Program-made: the position numbers and the translations under genes
Origin: Octopus sinensis
Lineage: Eukaryota
DNA: 64,000 nt
NCBI RefSeq assembly: GCF_006345805.1
Contig: NC_043005.1
Span: 43,524,001-43,588,000 of the forward strand
Direction: 5' to 3'
The notes under the pieces: generated by a model
Database searches by the model: none
Seen by the model: only the letters and a program-made list of their open reading frames with translations
Told to the model about the DNA's origin: nothing
Shown: positions 24,446 through 33,883 of the stretch, one piece after another
Layout: every line of letters starts with the position of its first letter
How positions within the stretch are numbered: the stretch's first letter is position 1

Positions 24446-24681
24446 CTGATATATATATATATATATCTTCTTTCATTCTTTTACTTGTTACAGTCATTTG
24501 ACAGCAGCCATGCTGGAGTACTGTCTAAAGGGTTATAGTTGAAGAAATTGACCCTAGGGCTTATTCTTTGTAAGCCTAGTACTTCTTCTATTAGTTTATT
24601 TTGCTGAACTACTAAGTTACAGGGTTGTCAAGTGATGGCAGGGGACAAACACAAACACTCACACATGCACATATGTATATG

Positions 24682-24717
<36 letters not shown>

Positions 24718-24734
24718 TGTGTAGAAGGTTGAAA

Positions 24735-24870
24735 AGGAACACACAAATTGATATATATGTATGGAAAAAAGTCAAGGTAGAAAGTGCTAAAATAATTTTA
24801 TAAAAAACATTTCAGTACCGGTTTCGGTCATTGAGACTTTTTCAACTGTAAGTAAAGGAAACAATTAAAT
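24735..24870 (-). mobile_element. Penelope-type terminal repeat remnant with minimal hammerhead motif
   Basis: Minus strand 24848-24813: CAG TTGAAAA A GTC TCAAT GAC C GAAA CCGG TA CTG. Confidence 0.6.
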
Positions 24871-24883
24871 TTCAAAAAAAAAA

Positions 24884-25002
24884 AGAAGAAGAAGAAGAAG
24901 AAGAAGAGAAGAAGAAGAAGAGAAGGAGAAGGAGGAGAAGGAGAAGAAGAAGAAGAAGAAGAAGAAGAAGAAGAAGAAGAAGAAGAAGAAGAAGAAGAAG
25001 AA

Positions 25003-25033
<31 letters not shown>

Positions 25034-25040
25034 GAGGAGG
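24884..25040 (+). repeat. (GAA)n microsatellite
   Basis: Direct reading shows a long pure GAA run with GGA interruptions at the ends. Confidence 0.95.
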
Positions 25041-25149
25041 ATGCATGAGTACTATGATCGTAGTAGGATGTTAAATGGTCAAGTGCACTGAAAGTGACTT
25101 TTTGTGGATGGCAGTAGTGATTGAATTCTTGAGATATCTCTTTTGAATA

Positions 25150-26250
25150 CATTGTTCATAATATTTTTCTAAAATTTCCTCAAAAAATTTTTCACCGAAA
25201 ATTTTACCCAAAAATTTTCGAAAATATTCACCGAAAATTTTCACCAACAATTTTTCGAAAATTTTCACTGAAAATTTTACCCAAAATCTTTTGAAAATTT
25301 TGTGTAAAATTTTCACCAAAAATTTTTCGAAAATTTTATCCAAAAATTTTTCGAAAATTTTCACCGAAAATTTTACACAAAATTTTTCGGGGAAAATTTT
25401 AACCAAAAATATTACGAAAATTTTCCCCGAAAATTTTTCTCGAAAAATTTCCCCAAAAATTTTTCACCGAAAATTTTTCCCAAAATTTGCGGTGAAAATT
25501 TTCGAAAAACTTTTGGGTAAAATTTTAGGCAAAAATTTTCTAAAAAATTTTTGTTGAAAACTTTGACCTTTCGAAAATTTTGGGGGAAAATTTTCGGTGA
25601 AAATTTTCGAAAAATCTTTGGGAAATATTATCGAAAAATTTTTGGGCAAAATTTTTGGTGAAAATTTTCGAAAAATTTTTGGTTAAAACTTTCGGGGAAA
25701 ACTTTGGAAAAATTTTTGGGTAAAATTTTCGAAAAATTTTTGTGTAAATTTTCGGTGAAAATTTTTCAAAAAGTTTTTGGTGAAAATTTTCGGTGAAAAT
25801 TATCGAAAACTTTTTGTTAAAATTTTCACTGAAAATTTTCGAAAAATTTTTGGTGATTTTGGCACCGATAGCTTTCCATACTTTGTGATTTCGGCACCGC
25901 TGACCTTCCATACTTTTCCCAATTTTTTTCCCAAGAGTTTTTCGAAAAATTTCACCGAAAATTTTCCCCCCAAATTTTTCGAAAATTTTAGCCAAAATTT
26001 CCCTCTTTACACGTCAAGATGTTGCCTCAGCATGGCCGCGGTCTGTTAAAGTGAAACAAGTAAAAGACGAAAGGAACATACACGGTGAAAAGTTTCGAAA
26101 AATTTTTGGTGATCTTGGCACCGATAGCTTTCCATACTTTGTGATTTCGGCACCGCTGACCTTCCATACTTTTCCCAATTTTTCCCAAGAGTTTTTCGAA
26201 AAATTTCACCGAAAATTTTCCCCCAAAATTTTTCGTAAATTTTAGCCAAA
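25150..26250. repeat. Degenerate ~12/24-bp AAAATTTT(C/G) satellite with internal inversion
   Basis: Tandem A4-5T4-5 blocks separated by 2-5 C/G-rich bases. TTTTCACCGAAAA units before ~25487 switch to TTTTCGGTGAAAA after it. Confidence 0.9.
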
Positions 26251-26340
26251 ATTTCCCTCTTTACACGTCAAGATGTTGCCTTAGCATGGCCGCGGTCTGT
26301 TAAAGTGAAACAAGTAAAAGACGAAAAGAACATATACACA
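25838..26340 (+). repeat. 256-bp tandem duplication (GGCACCG core, satellite, SINE/LINE-like tail)
   Basis: GGCACCGATAGC occurs at 25861 and 26117. The copies are nearly identical and end in GCATGGCCGCGGTCTGTTAAAGTGAAACAAGTAAAAGACG. Confidence 0.9.
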
Positions 26341-26482
26341 CAATCTAAGTTTTTCTTAGGCATGACAATACTAATGACCAGTTGTTAGAATTCAGTATCC
26401 GCTGACTACAGAGCGTTATGTTACTTATTGAAGGACAGGGAAGAGGAACTACGTTATATATTTATATATATATATATTATAT

Positions 26483-26547
<65 letters not shown>

Positions 26548-26559
26548 CTGTGTGTGTTT

Positions 26560-26887
26560 ATGTATATATCCACATACACACACTCACACGTCAAGGTCAC
26601 CAGCCCTCTTCCACACGTACATACATACTCTTATACACACGCACTTTATTATTTCCCCTTCTTCCTAGCTCTCTTGTGTTACCCTTTTGTCCGGCATTCG
26701 CCATGATAGATCGCTAGCCACTACACATTCTTTACTTTCTCTCCTTGCTTCTTTCTGTGTTCCTTTCTGCGGAAGAGCACAGACTCGAAACGTTAAAGAC
26801 TTTTTGACTTCCCGAGCGTTATACTAATACATCTGTTTGTTGTTTACACCACCTATCTTCGTCTTTTGTTTTTTTATGAATTCTCCC

Positions 26888-26890
<3 letters not shown>
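26560..26890 (+). mobile_element. Probable Penelope-derived non-autonomous repeat with hammerhead-like motif
   Basis: CTTT CTGCGGAA GAGCACAGACTC GAAAC GTT AAAG at 26763-26798, within pyrimidine-rich UTR-like sequence. Confidence 0.45.
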
Positions 26891-26949
<59 letters not shown>

Positions 26950-27730
26950 CATGTGTGTGTATATGTATATATATATATATATAGAAAAATTTATTCGTAA
27001 TCATATGAAAATATGATAAGCCATTTAACTTTGAATGATTACCAAACAACGTTGCAAAATATGTCACACATATTTTCAGTCCATATATACAGATCAAGAG
27101 ACATATTCGTCTATTCACATGAAAAATACGTAATATTTTCCTGTCTTCAGTATTATGAGTGTAAAACATACTCGTCACTGTGGGTAAGCATGGGCATACG
27201 TTTTAGAAGTGGGCCGCACTACTAAAAGGCATTTTTTATTAGATGTGCCGTTCAGAAAATCCCGCAGGCTGCAGTTTACCCATGACTAGCCTAGGGAACA
27301 ATGCTTTGTTGCCCTTTCTAGTATATAGTAGTATAAGTATTAAAGTGTCGGCAGAAGCTGCTCTGCATTTGGTTGAAACATTTTGAAGTTGGCCGATCTG
27401 TGATTCTATAGGTAACATCTTGGTATCTAAATGTATAAGTGGAGTCACAACTGCGTAGAAGGTACAGTGTTCATTATTGCTGTTTTTAATTGAAACATAA
27501 ATTGAAGCCAATGTCTTGAATTTTTTAAATTAGATAAAATCAGCTAAAGGATTGTGTATGCATTTACGCATATATGTATATATGTACGTAGGTGTGTGTG
27601 TATGTATGTATGTATGCATGTATGTATGTATGTATGTACGTATGTAGGTGTATGTATGTATGTATGCATGCATGCATGTATGCATGTATGCATGTATGTA
27701 TGCATGTATGTATGTATTTATGTATGTATG

Positions 27731-28004
27731 TCAGGCCTCTCTTAGTGCCACTAGGAACTTGTAACCTGGTACAAACTGTTGCATGGTCGAACCGTCGGCG
27801 ACTAAACCGACAGCCCTACCAATCCCTACAAACGGATCAAGTCGATTACATCGACCCCAGTGCGTAACTGGTGCTTATTTAATCGACCCCGAAAGGATGA
27901 AAGGCAAAGTCGACCTTGACGGAATTTGAACTCAGAACGTAGCGAAAGACGAAATACTGCTAGTCATTTCCCTGGCGTGCTAACGATTCTGCCAGCTCGC
28001 CGCC
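27731..28004 (-). mobile_element. Deu/Nin-like SINE with alternative tail (left arm)
   Basis: Standard head and core, with the tail GATCCGTTTGTAGGGATTGG...CACTAAGAGAGGCCTGA(CATA)n. Confidence 0.85.
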
Positions 28005-28607
28005 TTGGGACATTTTGATACCTTAACAATTTTTTTATATTAAAAAAATGTATTCCTTGTTACGACAGAATATTCTCAATAAAGCCAAGAGAAAAAGATG
28101 TTTTATAAACACCCTCTACCAGTATACGAAATTTAAATGTGTTTAGTTACGTGGAAAAATTTTCGGAAAAATTATTGCGAAAATTTTCAGTGAAAATTTT
28201 CGAAAAATTTTTTCACCGAAAATTTTACCCAAGAATTTTTCGAAAATTTTCACCAAAAATTTTTCGAAAATATTATCCAAAAATTTTTCGAAAATTTTCA
28301 CCGAATATTTTACACAAAAATTTTTCAAAACTTTTCACCAAAAATTTTTTGAAAATTTTCCACAAGAATTTTTCGAAAACTTTCATCTAAAATTTTCCCT
28401 AAAAATTTTTCGAAAATTTTCACTGAAAATTTTACCAATAATTTTTCCGGAAATTTTTCCACGTAACTAAACACATTTAAATTTCATATACTGGTAGAGG
28501 GTGTTTATAAAACATCTTTTTCTCCTGGCATTATTGAGAATATTCTGTCGTAACAAGGAATACATTTTTTAATATATAAAATTGCTAAGGTATCAAAATG
28601 TCCCAAG

Positions 28608-28881
28608 GCGGCGAGCTGGCAGAATCGTTAGCACGCCAGGTGAAATGACTAGCAGTATTTCGTCTTTCGCTACGTTCTAAGTTCAAATTCCGCCGAGGTC
28701 GACTTTGCCTTTCATCCTTTCGAGGTCGATTAAATAAGCACCAGTTACGCACTGGGGTCGATGTAATCGACTTGATCCGTTTGCAGGGATTGGTGGGGCT
28801 ATCGGTTTAGTCGCCGACGGTTCGACCATGCAACAGTTTGTACTGGGTTACAAGTTCCTAGTGGCACTAAGATAGGCCTGA
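28608..28881 (+). mobile_element. Deu/Nin-like SINE with alternative tail (right arm)
   Basis: Mirror copy of 27731-28004. Confidence 0.85.
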
Positions 28882-28964
28882 CATACATACATAAATACAT
28901 ACATACATACATACATACAATAAATACATGCATACATGCATACATACTTTTGAATAATATTTTT

Positions 28965-29440
28965 GGTCAAATTATTGAGGTGGAATAAACATTATTGTGT
29001 TGAAGAACCAAACCAAGACAGTCAGGTTGGTGATGCTCAATGATATTATGGGAGCAGCCTCAGTAAATTGACATGAGTTCTTGTGAATGAGCTTCTTCAA
29101 TTGATTTTCATTGAACTGAACAGGTTGGCCAGAATGTGGAGGGTCTGTGAGGTTCAATTTCCCCCTCATTGAAGTATGGAAATCATACTTGCATCCTTCT
29201 TTCAGTTAACAGTAACTTCTCCATACACAAGAGAATGACTTTGGCAGCTTTTGAACCTTGGATGAAAGCAAAGAGAAGCAGGAGTTGAAAATACTTTTTG
29301 TATCCTACTTGGCATTCCATCATCATCATACATCTGAAAAGCAGTGTAATTTGTTCAAATTTCAAAAATGAGATGAAGTTGTGGAAGAAAAGAGCTACAA
29401 AAAATGTCATAAGACATTATGAAAAAAATATTTTTTGTGT
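28965..29440 (-). mobile_element. Mariner 5' fragment, degenerate
   Basis: MECQVGYKKYFQLLLLFAFIQGSKAAK...PPHSGQPVQFNENQLKKLIH; same family as 20475-21075. Confidence 0.8.
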
Positions 29441-29510
29441 TAATTTAAATAACACCAGAGATGAATAAATGAATTTATCTGACAACTCTCTCTCTCTCTC
29501 TGTTTCTGTC

Positions 29511-29578
<68 letters not shown>

Positions 29579-29592
29579 GATATGTATGTATT

Positions 29593-29626
<34 letters not shown>

Positions 29627-29689
29627 TGTATTAATGTGTGTGTATGTGGTGTAATGTATTTATGTATGTGTGTTGTATATATACATACA

Positions 29690-29870
29690 CGGTTTTTCAG
29701 GATCTGGCCAAGCAGAGGATTGCACCAGACTTCTGTGTCTGTTTAGGCATGTTTTTCTATGGCTAGATGCCCTTCCTAATACCAGCCACCCTGCAAAGTG
29801 GACTGAGTGCTTTTTATGTAGCACCAGCATATGTGAGGTCAGTTTTGGCATGGTTTTTACAGGTGGATGT
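29690..29870 (-). mobile_element. RTE-type tail remnant
   Basis: TTTCTATGGCTAGATGCCCTTCCTAATACCAGCCAC...GTGCTTTTTATGTAGCACC. Confidence 0.65.
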
Positions 29871-29877
29871 CCTTTAC

Positions 29878-29916
<39 letters not shown>

Positions 29917-30165
29917 TGCACACACATACTCACACATGTATGTATGTATATATACATATCCATATATGTACATATATACATAGCCAACATAGCATATAGA
30001 AATGTTCACCCTTTACACATCTATATAATGCCCTCTATATAATATAAATTATTATATTTAAGTGGAAAAATTGGTGGATTTTTCTCTTATGAGGTTTGTT
30101 ACGCTAACTACTTGATAAATTCTTATAAAGATTTAATCCTATTTTTAAATTGTAAATTTAACCAG

Positions 30166-30281
30166 ATCAGTACTGAATTTTTATTCCAAATAAGGCAATT
30201 CGAAAAAGCCTGCCATTTACATAAATGTGTAAAGGGTGAACATTTCTATATGCTACGTTGGATACATTGGTTGATTGTCTG
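30166..30281 (+). CDS. Candidate exon (unknown protein)
   Basis: TTTAACCAG|...CTG|GTATGT; open frame ISTEFLFQIRQFEKACHLHKCVKGEHFYMLRWIHWLIV; phase 2 out. Confidence 0.3.
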
Positions 30282-30517
30282 GTATGTTGATTTTGTTCAT
30301 TCGTTATAAATCTTGAATTATGCTTGCACTGAGGATTAAAATGTGCTTTACTGCACTAATTATGAAATCACGGTGATATGCAGCTAGATTCTGTTTTTAA
30401 ATGACTTGCTTCGAGAGTTGCATTCAGTACGATGTGTTTATTTATTCTGATAGTTTTGACTTTAAGAGTCCCTCCTAGCATGTGAAATTTATGTACAGCA
30501 ATGCCCTCTATATAATG

Positions 30518-30553
<36 letters not shown>

Positions 30554-30631
30554 TATAAATATAGATATATAGATATAGTTTTATATATATATATATTATA
30601 TATATAGATATAATATAGATATATAGATATA

Positions 30632-30677
<46 letters not shown>

Positions 30678-30696
30678 TAGATATACACACACACAT

Positions 30697-30735
<39 letters not shown>

Positions 30736-31134
30736 TACATATATATCAAATTTAGAATTATGTGCCATGTGTAGTAAAGTTTCTTTTGAATGACAGCAAA
30801 GTTTTTAGAAGACATTTTTTTTTTATTTGGTTCTAATATATATTCATTAGTTTCATTTTAGCAATTTCTATCAAAAGTGTATATAGGTTTAGGCATACAC
30901 CTGCTTACAAACACACACACACACACACACACACCACACTCAGACATACTCAGAGATGAACCAACTCGCACACTATGAACGTGTGCATGTGTGTGTGTGT
31001 GTGTGTGTGTGCATTGGTTTTGCATTTGCTTCTGCCTGTTTGAAGTTTGTGTGTATACTTTAGACTTGTTAAGTGTGAAATATGTCATGTATAAGACAGC
31101 ATTTATTCAAGTATTGTCATCTGTCAGCCATCAG

Positions 31135-31172
31135 TAGAGATAGCCACAGAAGCTTCACTATAAATACTTTGT
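31135..31172 (+). CDS. Candidate exon (38 nt)
   Basis: CCATCAG|...TTGT|GTAAGT; phase 2 in, phase 1 out; encodes RDSHRSFTINTL. Confidence 0.3.
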
Positions 31173-31323
31173 GTAAGTTTTCATTCGGTAAAAATTAGCC
31201 TGGTAGAATCCAGCTTATTTCAAGCCATTGTAATATATGCCACATAGAGAATTGCAGCATATTACTGTTGCCTGTTAGTTTTTTTTTTTTTTTTTTTTTT
31301 TTTTTGGCATCACCTCCTTGAAG

Positions 31324-31424
31324 GGAATGAATTTGTTGTTTTTGGTCAAGCAATATGGGATAGACCAAAATCAAATGATACGGGAATTCCAGCACCCATG
31401 ACAGACGAATTTTGTCTGCTATGA
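31324..31424 (+). CDS. Candidate terminal exon
   Basis: Long poly-T tract then CCTTGAAG|; phase 1; encodes NEFVVFGQAIWDRPKSNDTGIPAPMTDEFCLL*. Confidence 0.3.
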
Positions 31425-31489
31425 TCTATGTGTGTGCTTATATATACCAAGTACTTATATGAGAGGATCTTTCAAGGCTAAAAACACAG

Positions 31490-32349
31490 TATGAGGTCTG
31501 ATCAATAAGTCCTTGGACTGGTACTCTAAAAACAAAACTGCAACACGTACCAATTTGGCATTTAATCTCCTTCAAAGTAGTCCCCTTTCAAAGCCACATA
31601 TTTAATTCAGCACTGCTTTCAATGATGGAAGTATTCCTAGAATACGTTTTCTGGGATAATCAGCAGCTGCCACATCAAATTCACTTTGATTTCCCTGGCG
31701 TCTTGAAATCTTCTTCCTTTCAAGCGGGATTTTTGGAAAGAAGGAAAAGTTGCAAGGGACAAGATCTAAGGAATATGGTGGCTGTTGGATCTGGGGATTA
31801 CTGTGCTTAACCAGAAACTGCTGCACTGAATGGGCAGGTGCATTGTCAGTTGGAATTAGTTTTGGCATAAACTTAGCAGACATGCATCTCATGCCCAAAT
31901 CTTTAGTGATAATGGACTGAACTGGGCTACAACTAATCTGCACATCCTCTGATAACTCAGTGATGGTGATTCAATAATTTCCTTTCACAGCTGCATGCAC
32001 ATCTGCGATGTTTTTCTCAGCTCTATCAGTTGTGGGTCTCCCAGAACATTCATTGTTATCAAAATTTTTTTTAGCTAATACACTTTCTGCAACTTTGCAT
32101 AGGCCTCTGAGCAGGTATTGTGAAACTTTTGGCAAAATTTGTTGCAGATTCATGGTCAATGCCATGATTTCATGCTACACATGTTCCTTCCAAGCACAGC
32201 TGTAAACAGTGGAAGTGAGCTAGAATATTAAAACTTTGTGCACATGCACAGCAGAGTTCAAGGTCAATCCGTGACAAGCAGCTTCACTCAGCTTGCTTTA
32301 GTTTCATTATTCTAGCAACAGTCCAGATACTTATTGATCAGACCACATA
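31490..32349 (-). mobile_element. Internally deleted mariner with both TIRs
   Basis: TATGAGGTCTGATCAATAAGT / ACTTATTGATCAGACCACATA. Transposase remnants include DLGMRCMSAKFMPK, DNAPAH and PPYSLDLVPCNF. Confidence 0.9.
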
Positions 32350-32439
32350 TATGGTGATCTAACAAGACATCCATATTAAGTTGGATATAATGATTACATT
32401 TTTGTATTAATACTGCTTCCATCACTAATAATTAAAATA

Positions 32440-32760
32440 TATGTAAGTTGTGTACAAAAAAATGGGGAAAAACTCCTTTGGTCATGAATGACCATGGGAT
32501 TGAACCTAGAAAGTTACCTGCCAAGGCACAAGTTCAGTCAAGGTGGTTTATGGAAGACCAGCAGTCACCCATGCATATCAGCCTCCTCTCTCCATGCCAC
32601 CGATATTATCCAAGGGAAAGGCAAAAGCTGATACTGCAACTCATTTCTACAGCTGAGTGAACTGGATCAACATGAAATAACAATGCAGAGTCCAATCCAG
32701 GAATGAAACTCACTAATTCCTGATTGTGAGCCCGATGCTCTAACCACTGAACCACAGATA
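32440..32760 (-). mobile_element. tRNA-derived SINE (distinct family)
   Basis: Reverse complement begins GTGGTTCAGTGGTTAGAGCATCGGGCTCACAATCAGGAA (tRNA-like head), with CAGTTCACTCAGCTG core. Confidence 0.65.
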
Positions 32761-33789
32761 CACACACTCACACACACATATATACATGGTAAAAGAAATA
32801 TGGTATAGGGAGATGACAAGGGAATTTACAGATAAACAAAACAAAGAAAAGAAGACACATAAATGCTTCAGAGGAGCTCAATCCCTCATCAGTTGTCAAT
32901 CAAATATCATACTAATTTTGACACCGTCTGACAATATTGTTTAATTTGTTGGTGTCAGTAATACAAGTTGCTGGGGTACAAGTGAACAGACGTAATAGAT
33001 GAACAAAGACAGAACAAAATTGTGAGAAGTACAATAACAAGAAAAATGAGATTTGTAAACTGAACTTAGTTATGTGTGCTAATGTAAGACTGACTGCCAA
33101 ACCACTTCTGTTCATGACTGCCACATAAAGATGAGTGTTGAGTAGAACAGGGTAAAATATATAAGGGAAAATAAATAGGCATGGACAGTTAGCGAGGAAG
33201 TACAGAATGACACAGAGATATATGTATATATAAAATGTCTTTCCGTTTAGTGACAAAAATACAGTTGGTATGTGTGAAGTAATGCTAGTAGGACATTTCA
33301 CTTGAGAAAACAATTTACAAATTTACAAAACATCAGACAAACCTGGAGCTGCAACTAAATTTCAAAATTTAAATAAACTAGAAGCTGGAAAGATAAACTG
33401 ACTGATTAGTAGAATGGTCAGTTCAAAAAATTATGAGTAGCTTTAGAAAGAGGTAGAAGGCTTTGGGGTAGGAGGATAGAGAAGGAAAGGCTGCTGGTAA
33501 GCTGAGAGAAAGAGTGAAAGAAAAGAAGGGCTGTTACCTAGATAAAACAGAGTAGGAATGGATGAAATGAAGAGAGGAATAGATAGAAAGACAGAGATAA
33601 ACAGATAAATAGAAAGGCAAGGTAATAAAAGGATGTAATGATAGAAAGATAAATGGATATAAACATTGAAAGACAGGTACATAAATAGTGAAAAAGATAG
33701 AGATAGCAGCTGAAAACAGTAGAGAGGTAAAACAATAGAATGGTAAGTATAAATGAATAAGAAAGAACTGGTAGGCAGATAGATAAAAA

Positions 33790-33790
33790 G

Positions 33791-33869
<79 letters not shown>

Positions 33870-33883
33870 TAGATAGATAGATA
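33790..33883 (+). repeat. (GATA)n(GACA)n compound microsatellite abutting the truncated LINE 3' end
   Basis: Direct reading. Confidence 0.95.

Larger units (their letters stand above)
27705..28907. repeat. Large imperfect palindrome (arms ~27705-28176 and ~28436-28907)
   Basis: Each arm consists of (CATA)n, a complete SINE and ~170 bp of non-SINE DNA. The arms are roughly 95% identical by eye, and the spacer is AAAATTTT satellite. Confidence 0.95.

Noticed and set aside
25071-26249. K/I/F-rich ORFs on both strands (also 28139-28390) and a CRISPR-like look
   Set aside because: They are translations of the AAAATTTT satellite. There is no constant repeat with unique spacers, no cas genes, and the context is eukaryotic.
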